This document shows positions 11,345 through 21,781 of a DNA stretch of 64,000 nt, in pieces. Made by a program: the position numbers and the translations under genes. Below the pieces are notes generated by a model, which was given only the letters and a program-made list of their open reading frames with translations, was not told the origin of the DNA and did no database searches. Source of the stretch: Chthonomonas calidirosea (lineage in GTDB: Bacteria; Armatimonadota; Fimbriimonadia; Fimbriimonadales; Fimbriimonadaceae); the NCBI GenBank assembly GCA_945859975.1, contig CAMAPH010000007.1, positions 17,150 through 81,149 on the forward strand, read 5' to 3'. The stretch's first letter is position 1. Each line of letters starts with the position of its first letter.

Positions 11345-12637
11345 ATGGACAACAACGAGCGGCTGATCCGTGCCGTTCAACGCGCGACCCGAAAACTTGC
11401 TAGTACCGGCAAATTCGATGCGCTGTTGCAAGAGGTTCTCGCGATTTGCGTTGAGGCGGTCGGCGCGACGAACGGAACGATTTACCTGCACGATCCGGCG
11501 AGTAAGCGGCTGGTGTTTCAACACGTCATTCCAGGCGAGATTGCCGATCGTCTGCCGTCACGCGACATTCCAGATAATTTTGGAGTTGCGGGTCAGGCAT
11601 TCCAAACCAACCGCTCGGTGAAAAAAGAGTTTGCTTCGCGCCCGGAAGAGCAATGGAATGACTTTGAGAAGTCAACCGGCGTTCAGGTTCTGAGCATTCT
11701 TGCCACGCCACTCTCGATGGAGGACGAGGAGCCGATTGGCATCGTCCAACTGATCAACAAGGACGATGGCCACTTTGCCGATACCGATGTGGCGGTTATG
11801 GACATCGTCTCTGCCGTTGCGACGATGGCTTACTTGAATGCCCAATTGGTGGAGCAAAACGCCCGCGCGGCAACTTTGCTCGGTATGGGTCGAGTGAGCC
11901 ACGATATCGGCAACCTGGCCGCTTCCCTTTACGCGACGCTAGGGTTCGGCGACATGGCGATGTCGGGTTTCCGAACGCACGTGGAGAAGATCAAGCCAGA
12001 TCGAACAACGCGGATGTACATCGATTCGCTCGAACCGATTTTCCGGGAACTGAAGGAATCGGTGGACCGGATCGTCGGTTACTCCACCCTGATTTCGGAT
12101 ATCTCTGCTGGACGCGCTTTGCGCCCTAACTTACAGCCGACGTCGATTGGCGAAGCCGTCTATCACGCTGCAAGCTACTTTGAGATGCAGGGCAAGTCGC
12201 AGCACGTCGCGCTGGAATATAAGATTCAGGAAGACGCGCCGCAAGCAAATTGCGACGAGCTTTATATCGTCCGAATCGTGCAGAACCTCGTTGGGAACGC
12301 GATCAAGGCGGTGCGGGAAACGTTGCCAGAGGACCTTCCTGATGTGGTGGACGATGAGTACCATCCGCCGCTCGGTTCGGTGATTGTCGGCTACGAATAT
12401 GCTGACGCCCATAAGATTTGGGTTCAAGACACGGGTCCGGGAATGACCGAAGAGACGCGGCTTCGGATCCTCAGCGGCACCGCGAGGAGCCAATGGGAGC
12501 GTGCCGGAGGTTCGGGCTGGGGCTTGCGAATTGTGATGGAGCTCACCGCCGCGCTAGGCGGCACCGTGAGCATTGAATCTGAACTTGGGAAAGGCTCGCG
12601 CTTTTGCGTCCATTTCCCTTGCGAATCGGACAAATAA
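11345..12637 (+). CDS. GAF-domain sensor histidine kinase (cytoplasmic)
   Basis: N-terminal GAF (QLINK), H-box SHDIGN, N-box NLVGNAIK, G1 DTGPG, G2 GSGWGL. Confidence 0.85.
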   Translation: MDNNERLIRAVQRATRKLASTGKFDALLQEVLAICVEAVGATNGTIYLHDPASKRLVFQHVIPGEIADRLPSRDIPDNFGVAGQAFQTNRSVKKEFASRPEEQWNDFEKSTGVQVLSILATPLSMEDEEPIGIVQLINKDDGHFADTDVAVMDIVSAVATMAYLNAQLVEQNARAATLLGMGRVSHDIGNLAASLYATLGFGDMAMSGFRTHVEKIKPDRTTRMYIDSLEPIFRELKESVDRIVGYSTLISDISAGRALRPNLQPTSIGEAVYHAASYFEMQGKSQHVALEYKIQEDAPQANCDELYIVRIVQNLVGNAIKAVRETLPEDLPDVVDDEYHPPLGSVIVGYEYADAHKIWVQDTGPGMTEETRLRILSGTARSQWERAGGSGWGLRIVMELTAALGGTVSIESELGKGSRFCVHFPCESDK

Positions 12638-12669
12638 AAACGGGCGGGCCAAGTGGCCCGCCCGTCTTT
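12636..12669. terminator. bidirectional terminator between convergent kinase and dnaK
   Basis: A tract-CGGGCGGGCC-AAGT-GGCCCGCCCG-TCTTT. Confidence 0.85.
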
Positions 12670-12678
12670 GCTTTTGCC

Positions 12679-14626
<1,948 letters not shown>

Positions 14627-14671
14627 ATCCCTGGATTTCAGGTTTCAATCCAGGGACTTTCGGTCTTCAGA

Positions 14672-14917
14672 TTAGGCTTGGCCGAGGGAAACCCGGCGCT
14701 TGGATCCGAAAGGGGTAACGACCGATGGCACGTTTTCAGGAAGCGTTACGACGTCGCCTCGGCGGACCAAGAATGAGTACTCGCCGATGCTTACGAGAGC
14801 CTCTCCGGCCAATACTCGAACCATCGCGACTCCTCGCTTAAAGAACGTCTTGGGAACACTCCAACGGGTCGTTCCGGTCACTTCGATTACTTTCTGCTCT
14901 CTCCTCAGCTCGCTCAT
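14672..14917 (-). CDS. small hypothetical protein, possibly cupin-like
   Basis: VRVLAGEALV and GDVVTLPENVP resemble cupin motifs but lack the metal-binding His residues. Confidence 0.5.
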   Translation of the reverse strand: MSELRREQKVIEVTGTTRWSVPKTFFKRGVAMVRVLAGEALVSIGEYSFLVRRGDVVTLPENVPSVVTPFGSKRRVSLGQA

Positions 14918-14984
14918 GTATTGTTCAACACCGCGAGCGTTCTGTCTGACGGCAGGCTGGGACTATCGGCTGACTTTTGTTTGT

Positions 14985-15455
14985 TTAGCCGGCGTCTCGA
15001 ACGTAAAGTCCGGAGTATTCATCGGGCTCTTCACAGAGTTCGGACTTAATTGGACTCTCCAAAATGTTCGTCCAGAACTCTTCATACTCCGCTTCGTCGC
15101 GCAATATCCGGTCATAGCTCTCTCGGTAGAACACGGGACGCTCTTCACCTGACCGCTTTGTGATCTGCTTGTTAGCGCGGTTTTTGGCTTTCTCCAGAAT
15201 GTCGGAGAGTTCGTACGGCTCATCGTTCGGGCCGAACTTGACGCGGAAGATCAGCTCCGTTTGTTCCGGCAAGACGCAGATGATGTCGATCTCGAGCTTC
15301 TTGTCGTCCGGTTTGCGCAATTCGGCCAGCAGCGTTTCGGCTTCTGGACCGGAGAGAGCTCGACGGTGTTTGAAGGTGGCGTAGTAGGTGACGTTCTCGG
15401 CGCGCCAGTGCGGCAATCGGCCACGCCAGATCGTGAAGTTCTCCCACTTTGCCAT
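14985..15455 (-). CDS. REP-associated tyrosine transposase (RAYT/Y1)-like protein, apparently catalytically degenerate
   Basis: RGRLPHW...TYYATF and FYRESYDRILRDE blocks typical of RAYT; HUH motif reads LPEQTEL and the YIxxNP region reads NILESP. Confidence 0.7.
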   Translation of the reverse strand: MAKWENFTIWRGRLPHWRAENVTYYATFKHRRALSGPEAETLLAELRKPDDKKLEIDIICVLPEQTELIFRVKFGPNDEPYELSDILEKAKNRANKQITKRSGEERPVFYRESYDRILRDEAEYEEFWTNILESPIKSELCEEPDEYSGLYVRDAG

Positions 15456-15463
15456 TTGCGTCC

Positions 15464-15805
15464 TTAGGTGAGGGCGGTGTCGCCACGCTCGCCAGTGCGG
15501 ATACGGATGGCGTCTAACACTTCGGTGACGAAGATCTTCCCGTCTCCGATTTCGCCGGTGTGAGTCGCTTTGATGATCGCGTCGATAGCGTCATCAAGCT
15601 GATCGTCTGGAACCACGACTTCGATCCTCATTTTCGGCAAGAGGTTCAGGGCGTAGGTGCTTCCTCGATATTTGTCGGTTCGACCCTGTTGTCGACCGTA
15701 GCCACGAACTTGTTCACAACTCATTCCGCGAATTCCAACTTCTTCGAGTGAAGCTTTCACTTCCTCAAGTCGGTTCATTCGCACAAACGCTTCGATGCGC
15801 TTCAC
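15464..15805 (-). CDS. glnB: PII nitrogen regulatory protein
   Basis: GYGRQQG, YRGSTY T-loop, TGEIGDGKIF and IRIRTGE (glnB vs glnK cannot be resolved). Confidence 0.93.
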   Translation of the reverse strand: MKRIEAFVRMNRLEEVKASLEEVGIRGMSCEQVRGYGRQQGRTDKYRGSTYALNLLPKMRIEVVVPDDQLDDAIDAIIKATHTGEIGDGKIFVTEVLDAIRIRTGERGDTALT

Positions 15806-15883
15806 GGTGTAGAAGTACCAGATTCCGAAGTTTCTTGCCGCATATCACGATCCCGTGTTGTTTTTGTCGATTCGTACCGCACA

Positions 15884-17152
15884 ATGATGCCGGAGAGATT
15901 CGACTTCATGCGCCGACTTTGGACCAGCCCGTTTCTTGTTGCAATCTCGTCGGCTGGGCTCATGATCCTCGCAGGGTTTCTCTTCGTCTTTGGCCCCGGA
16001 AATCTAAGCGGCCGATGGATTGCCGTAGCGGCGGTTTCGATGGCTCTGGTGGCTGCCCTGCGTATTCGTGCTCTCGAGAGATCAGCCGAAACCGACCAAG
16101 GTCGACTTACTTCGCAGCTCGCTACTCTGGTCGAGCAAAACGATCGATATCGCTCCACGGTGGATGCCCTTGCCGATGGACTTGATGTAGCTTTGTTCGT
16201 TTGCGATTCAAAGGCGAACATCGAATACGCCAATCGGCGGGCAATTGCGTTTTTTCAGGCGGAGAGTTGTCGCGGAAAGAGCTTGCTCGCGGTGAGCCTC
16301 AACCCGGAGCTGGAGCAACTGGTGAAGTCAGCCGTGATCAACGAGTTGCCACAATCCGCCGAACTCTCCTTCCGGCACCCGGTCGAGCGGATCGGCCAGG
16401 CAAAGGCGTGGCGCGCACCGGGGGACCAGGTGTTTGTCAGCGTTTATGAAATCACCGAGCTGCGCCGGCTCGAACGCATTCGCCAAGACTTCGTTGCCAA
16501 CGTGTCTCACGAAATGCGGACGCCGATGACGGTAATCCGAAACATGGCGGAGACCATGCTAGACGGAGACGATGCTGTGCTTCGAGATAAGTACCTCCCG
16601 AAGATCATCAGCGAAGTTGATCGCCTTTCGACCATCTCGCAAGACCTGTTGATCCTCAGTGCCGCCGAATCGAATCCGGTTCGAAAGCAGGACTGCGACA
16701 TCGTGGATGTGCTCACCAACGTCATTTGGCAGCTCACCCCCAAGGCGGCTGACAAGGGACTCAAGATTGGCTACCGAGGACCTGAGGCGTTCATGATCGA
16801 AGCGAACCCGGCGCAGATGATCCAGGTAGCGCTGAACCTGATCGATAACGCGATCAATTACACGAGTGAGGGGCACATTTCGATCAACGTGAAGGAGAAT
16901 CCGGAAACCATCGAAATCTCGGTTCAAGACACCGGAATGGGCATCCCCAGCGAGCACTTGCCGAGGATTTTTGAGCGGTTCTATCGGGTGGATAAAGCGA
17001 GAAGTCGCGCTAGTGGGGGTACCGGGCTTGGCCTCAGCATCGTGAAGCACATCATTGAAGCGCACGGCGGAAAGCTGAGCGTCCAAAGCGCGCAGAACGA
17101 AGGGTCAACCTTCGTGGTTGTCTTGCCAATTGGACACCCAAGTGTTTCCTAG
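15884..17152 (+). CDS. PhoR-like membrane sensor histidine kinase
   Basis: Two TM helices, PAS-like region, DFVANVSHEMRTP, RIFERFYRVDKARSR and GGTGLGL. Confidence 0.85.
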   Translation: MMPERFDFMRRLWTSPFLVAISSAGLMILAGFLFVFGPGNLSGRWIAVAAVSMALVAALRIRALERSAETDQGRLTSQLATLVEQNDRYRSTVDALADGLDVALFVCDSKANIEYANRRAIAFFQAESCRGKSLLAVSLNPELEQLVKSAVINELPQSAELSFRHPVERIGQAKAWRAPGDQVFVSVYEITELRRLERIRQDFVANVSHEMRTPMTVIRNMAETMLDGDDAVLRDKYLPKIISEVDRLSTISQDLLILSAAESNPVRKQDCDIVDVLTNVIWQLTPKAADKGLKIGYRGPEAFMIEANPAQMIQVALNLIDNAINYTSEGHISINVKENPETIEISVQDTGMGIPSEHLPRIFERFYRVDKARSRASGGTGLGLSIVKHIIEAHGGKLSVQSAQNEGSTFVVVLPIGHPSVS

Positions 17153-18606
17153 TTTTCGATGGCGAGGTAGGCGGGCTCGGACATGTTTCCGCTTCGATCT
17201 ACCGCGGCGACGGCGACGGCGTCCACTTTGAGATCCTGGCCGGCCGGGAGATCGAAGCGATGTTCGCCCGTGGTTCCAGAGTACGGAACGACGGTCTTTG
17301 TCCAGTTGCCATTAATCCGCTGCCAAAGCGCCCAAAGAATCGGTGCCTCGCCGTCTCCAGCGGTCCATTTCACTTCCCCGTTTTTGCTTGCTTCCTTAAT
17401 CTTTGGCGCGGGTGGTGCTTGCGCGTCGAGCCACGGAGTTGCCGGCGGGATCGCATATTCCCGGTAGACCGATCCTCGAAGTGAGCTGGTGATGTTGTTC
17501 CAGTTTCGCGAGAACGCCTTCATGCTGAAGTGCACGTTGCCAGTCGCGCCAGCGCCACGGGTGATGGCAATTTGCTGCTGAACCTCGGCGGGTTTCCAGT
17601 TCCCTTCTGCCGGGTTGGTTCTTGAAGTGAAGTTTCCGGGCCAGATGTGGCGGCCCTGGATGTTTTGCTCCAGCCAGTAGTTCAGGAGCACGGGATAGCT
17701 CTGCGGGGTTTGCGCTACTGGCCAGTACAACTGCGGTGTGAAGTAGTCACACCAGCCTTCTCGGAGCCACTTTTCAGCGTCGGCGTAAAGCTGAGCGTAC
17801 TGATCGACCCCGGCTTTGATCCCTTCTGGAATCCCCGGGCGATAGATGCCGAACGGACTGATGCCAAATTTGACCAGCGGCTTCTCGCGCTTGATCAGCT
17901 TGTAAAGGTTTTGCACGAAGTCGTCGACGTTCTTTCGTCGCCAGTCCCCACGATCCAGCTTTCCGCCACGGGTCTGATACTTCGCGTAGCTCGGTCCATC
18001 CGGGAAGTCGACTCCTTTCTCGGGATACGGATAGAAGTAGTCGTCGATGTGGATTCCGTTGACGTCGTACCGCCTAAGGATGTCAGCGACGACGGCAAGA
18101 GATCGCTTTTGGACGTCTGGCTCGCCGGGATCCATCCAGAGATATTTCCCGTAGGTTTTCACCAACTCCGGCCGGGTCTTTGAAATGTGACTGCTGTGCA
18201 GCGGAGCCTTTTGGGCGGGATGGAATGCTCGGTATGGATTGAGCCAAACATGGAGTTCAAGACCGCGCTTCCGGGCTTCTTGGATGGCAAACTCCAGCGG
18301 GTCGTACGCCGGACTCGGGGCTTTCCCTTGCCTACCGGTGAGGTACTCCGACCACGGTTCCAGCTTCGAATTGTAAAGCGCATCGGCAGATGGCCGAACT
18401 TGGAAGATCACGGCATTGAGGCGCAACTCGTGCGACCGGTCCATGATGGCGACGAGCTCTCGCTTCTGTTGCGCGGTGGTGAGGTCTCGCTTCGATGGCC
18501 AGTCGATGTTGTCCACCGTGGCGACCCAAACACCCCGAAACTCGCGTTGGAACGGCGGCAACTCCGGCTTCTGAGTTGCGATCACGAGCAGCGGGAGGAG
18601 GGCCAT
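17149..18606 (-). CDS. glycoside hydrolase-like family 10 (DUF187/YngK-like) protein
   Basis: REFRGVWVATV.NIDWPS, FQVRP, GIHIDDYFYPY, FGISPFG and PQLYW; start at ATG 18606. Confidence 0.9.
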   Translation of the reverse strand: MALLPLLVIATQKPELPPFQREFRGVWVATVDNIDWPSKRDLTTAQQKRELVAIMDRSHELRLNAVIFQVRPSADALYNSKLEPWSEYLTGRQGKAPSPAYDPLEFAIQEARKRGLELHVWLNPYRAFHPAQKAPLHSSHISKTRPELVKTYGKYLWMDPGEPDVQKRSLAVVADILRRYDVNGIHIDDYFYPYPEKGVDFPDGPSYAKYQTRGGKLDRGDWRRKNVDDFVQNLYKLIKREKPLVKFGISPFGIYRPGIPEGIKAGVDQYAQLYADAEKWLREGWCDYFTPQLYWPVAQTPQSYPVLLNYWLEQNIQGRHIWPGNFTSRTNPAEGNWKPAEVQQQIAITRGAGATGNVHFSMKAFSRNWNNITSSLRGSVYREYAIPPATPWLDAQAPPAPKIKEASKNGEVKWTAGDGEAPILWALWQRINGNWTKTVVPYSGTTGEHRFDLPAGQDLKVDAVAVAAVDRSGNMSEPAYLAIEN

Positions 18607-18687
18607 GGTTGAGTCTATCCCGATGAATCTTTCGGCGTTTGTCCCGTGGACCGCATCGAACCTAGCGGAAACGCGGTATCTCTTGCC

Positions 18688-19239
18688 ATGCCCGAAGAAT
18701 TGGAGACAAACGCCAAAAAAGAACTGACCGCGAGCAGCGTGACCGCCACGCTGACGCAGGTGGTGCTCCCGATGGGCCTGGTTATCGATGAGGTCACGTT
18801 CTCGGGCAACGCGATCACGGTGCAGATGAACCCGCTGGATATTCGCGCGCCGCATCCCGCCACGGTTGTTGCAACGGTAAAGCTCACGTCGCTTGATCGA
18901 TACCTAGAGACCGACGCCCCAGGAGGGCTCAAGAATTTTCACTGCGAAGGCGAGGACGGTTGGCTCTACGTTAACGCAACCAAGAAAGTCATTTTTGAGT
19001 TGGCGGTCAAGGCAAAGTGCCGCGTATCCATTCGCGACCAGAAGGAGCTTTGGGTGGACCTGGCGAGTGTGGAGGTCATGGGTGGAGCTTCGGTGACGAA
19101 CCTCGTGCAGAGTCAGCTTGCGAATCTCAATCCCCTGTTCTCGGTCGCGGAACTGCCGATCGTGGCTCGCCTCACCCACGCGGAAGTTGGGACTGACCAA
19201 ATCGTGATCCGGCTGGAAGTTGGACCTCCAAACGCCTGA
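18688..19239 (+). CDS. hypothetical protein (LmeA/DUF2993-like)
   Basis: Beta-rich ORF ending NPLFSVAELP...IVIR; fills the gap before the tRNA; start uncertain (18646 or 18688). Confidence 0.55.
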   Translation: MPEELETNAKKELTASSVTATLTQVVLPMGLVIDEVTFSGNAITVQMNPLDIRAPHPATVVATVKLTSLDRYLETDAPGGLKNFHCEGEDGWLYVNATKKVIFELAVKAKCRVSIRDQKELWVDLASVEVMGGASVTNLVQSQLANLNPLFSVAELPIVARLTHAEVGTDQIVIRLEVGPPNA

Positions 19240-19262
19240 GCGGGTACCTTATTGGTCCGCTC

Positions 19263-19348
19263 GGGCGAGTGGCGAAATTGGTAGACGCACTGGATTTAGG
19301 TTCCAGCGCCTAAACAGCGTGAGAGTTCGAGTCTCTCCTCGCCCACCA
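19263..19348 (+). tRNA. tRNA-Leu (anticodon TAG)
   Basis: GGGCGAG/CTCGCCC acceptor stem, CTGGA-TTTAGGT-TCCAG anticodon arm, long variable arm, GTTCGAG T loop, encoded CCA. Confidence 0.97.
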
Positions 19349-19349
19349 C

Positions 19350-19691
19350 TTACTTCTTCTTAAACTGCCACTTGTCGCTACGGCTGCCGTTCTCGAGTGG
19401 AACAAGATTTCCTTCGAAGAGCTCGTAATTCGCCCCAACGAGTCCCTGGCTCTTGCCGAAGGTCACTTTCGAACCTTCCATTTTCCAGTCGGTCGATAGT
19501 AGGTTCATCGGACCCGCGTCGAGGCTGACCTTTCCGTCTTCTTTGAGTTCGAGCACGACTTGGTCGGCACCGGGGAGCAGGGCACGGGCTTTCGGGTCTT
19601 TGATATCGACGCTGTACTTTCCTACCGGGCTCGGCCCACCACAGCCGAGGACAACTAGGAGCGCGAGCGGGGCGAAGCGGGCAAATTTCAC
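19350..19691 (-). CDS. hypothetical lipoprotein
   Basis: Signal MKFARFAPLALLVVLG-C with lipobox. Confidence 0.75.
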   Translation of the reverse strand: MKFARFAPLALLVVLGCGGPSPVGKYSVDIKDPKARALLPGADQVVLELKEDGKVSLDAGPMNLLSTDWKMEGSKVTFGKSQGLVGANYELFEGNLVPLENGSRSDKWQFKKK

Positions 19692-19700
19692 AACCAGATT

Positions 19701-20567
19701 CTAGAGCATTTTCTTCGATGGAGCCAAATTCTGAGACGAGGAGTCCCAGGATCGCTCGCTGGCGCCTTCCTTGATTGACTGCACCATGCTGGCGTAGATC
19801 GCCTCCGGGGTTGCGGCCTCCACTTTTCGGAATCGCACTTTCACATCGACTTTTCGGTAGTAGGGCAACAGGATTTGTAGCGTCGCGGCGGCCCAATCAC
19901 GGTCGGCGGGTTCTCGAAGGTATTTCAGCATGACCGCTCGATTGGCCCTCTCGGAAATCACGCCTTCCACGAATCCGGTCACGAGAGTCACGCCCGGAAG
20001 TCGAGCGGCCAGCTTCGCAACGCTCGGAGACCACGTGTCCAAGCTGCAGATGCCGTCTCTTCGTAGGCGCATGTCCGGTTCAATTCTTCCCGCCGGGAAG
20101 GTTAACAAACTTCCCCCCGCCTTGAGATGCGAAATCGCTTCGCGAATGGCTTCGGTTGAGTGAGGCTGAACGAGGATCAAGTGCTTCTGAATATTCGGCA
20201 AGTGTCGAAGGAGCTCACGTTCCGCAGCAATAATCTTCAGGTCTTCCCGACCAATGGCCGTCCAGACCGCCATCGCATCCGTCATTCCGGGATGGTTGCA
20301 GGCCACGATCAAGGGCCCGGACTTCTGTAGTTCCTCGGCGCCGGTGATTGTCACGGATCGAGTGAACCGATCAAGAATGAACTGTCCAGACGCGACCAAG
20401 CCGTGTTCGAGAACGCAAGCATCGAACTCGCGCAGAAGGCGCGCAAATCGCCTTGCTGGCAGTCTCGCAAGGCCACGCCAAGGTCCCACAGTGCTGGATA
20501 GTTTGAACGCTCGCAGGAGATCGTCGACGCAGAGCTCGGTTAAGGCGTCGGCGTTGCGATCGTACAT
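19701..20567 (-). CDS. lysophospholipid/glycerol acyltransferase family protein
   Basis: NHPGMTD (HX4D) and FPAG motifs; start uncertain. Confidence 0.75.
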   Translation of the reverse strand: MYDRNADALTELCVDDLLRAFKLSSTVGPWRGLARLPARRFARLLREFDACVLEHGLVASGQFILDRFTRSVTITGAEELQKSGPLIVACNHPGMTDAMAVWTAIGREDLKIIAAERELLRHLPNIQKHLILVQPHSTEAIREAISHLKAGGSLLTFPAGRIEPDMRLRRDGICSLDTWSPSVAKLAARLPGVTLVTGFVEGVISERANRAVMLKYLREPADRDWAAATLQILLPYYRKVDVKVRFRKVEAATPEAIYASMVQSIKEGASERSWDSSSQNLAPSKKML

Positions 20568-20632
20568 AACCTTACATACCGCCAGTTTCTGCGTAGCGTT
20601 GCCCAAAAGCCAATCACGGGAATACTGCAACC

Positions 20633-21562
20633 ATGAGCGCGCGCCTTCCTGTATCACCATATCCGTCCGTCGGAGCGGTGGAGTTACTCAGCTATCTATA
20701 TGAGATCAACGGAAAGGCAACGTTGTCTGGCCAACATAACCAGCTGTACAACATGTCGAACGAGTCGGCGGCGATTCAGACCCTGACCGGAAAGTACCCA
20801 AAGGTTTGGGGCGGCGAATGGGGATTTTCGGACGAAAGACATGACATTGATAACATTGCTTACCGCCCGAAGTTGATGAGCGAGATTCGGCGGCACCATG
20901 CGATGGGCGGCATTGTCGTGATCACCTACCACCAGGCCGATCCGCGAGTTGGAGAACCATGCGACTTTGATCCGGGCGTCATTGGCAACCTGACCGAACC
21001 GGAATGGGACGAGCTTTTCGACTCCGGCTCGAAGCTTCACGCCGTTTGGCTAGAGCACGTGGACCGTTTGGCAGAAGCATTCAAAGAGTTACAAGCCGAA
21101 GGGATCCCGATCATTTTTCGGCCTTACCATGAGATGAATGGTGGTTGGTTCTGGTGGGGCGGCGATGCTCCCAGATTCTTGCTTCTCTGGAAAATGATCT
21201 TTGACCGATACGTCGGTCATCACGGGCTGACGAACTTGCTTTGGGCTTGGAACCCGGATAAACCATGGCCAGGTGTCGAAGAGTTTTATCCTGGTCACGA
21301 TACGGTGGACCTGCTTGGGACCGACATTTATCCGGGGCAAGACCGAGATGAGACTTATCCGCAAGAGTGGTTCGAGAGGATGAAAGGTCTCGCGGAAGGT
21401 CGTCCCCTTGCGCTTTCGGAGAACTCAGAGCTACCGACCGTGGCCGATCTCGAACGTCAACCTTGGGCGTATTTCATGGGCTGGGACAACTTGACGCTGA
21501 AGGCAAACTCGGAAGATGCCATCCGGGCGACGTACTCCGCATCGAGGGTCATTTCGATCTAG
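20633..21562 (+). CDS. glycoside hydrolase family 26 (beta-mannanase-like)
   Basis: FRPYHEMNGGWFWWG, YPG...VDLLGTDIY and ALSE nucleophile region. Confidence 0.9.
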   Translation: MSARLPVSPYPSVGAVELLSYLYEINGKATLSGQHNQLYNMSNESAAIQTLTGKYPKVWGGEWGFSDERHDIDNIAYRPKLMSEIRRHHAMGGIVVITYHQADPRVGEPCDFDPGVIGNLTEPEWDELFDSGSKLHAVWLEHVDRLAEAFKELQAEGIPIIFRPYHEMNGGWFWWGGDAPRFLLLWKMIFDRYVGHHGLTNLLWAWNPDKPWPGVEEFYPGHDTVDLLGTDIYPGQDRDETYPQEWFERMKGLAEGRPLALSENSELPTVADLERQPWAYFMGWDNLTLKANSEDAIRATYSASRVISI

Positions 21563-21781
21563 GTCAACCCTCCGCCCCCTCCTTCGTTAAGGGGAGGTTA
21601 TCGTGAACCTCAATTGTTCCTGAAGGCCGAGCTTTTCGGAACATCCCAGCCGTCTTGTTCGTACTACGGGCTAGATAATTTGCGTCTCCTGATTATTCGG
21701 TGAACAAATCACCCGCTTCTTCGTCAAAGCCAGCTTCGATCTGTCACGATCTAATCGCTCCAATTCCGCATCTCTTGACTC

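Noticed and set aside
14628..14656. CIRCE element upstream of dnaK
   Set aside because: Arms do not match TTAGCACTC-N9-GAGTGCTAA; no CIRCE seen before dnaJ either
14918..15463. Active IS200/IS605 or RAYT-REP mobile element
   Set aside because: Catalytic motifs are absent, and there is no tnpB or flanking REP hairpins
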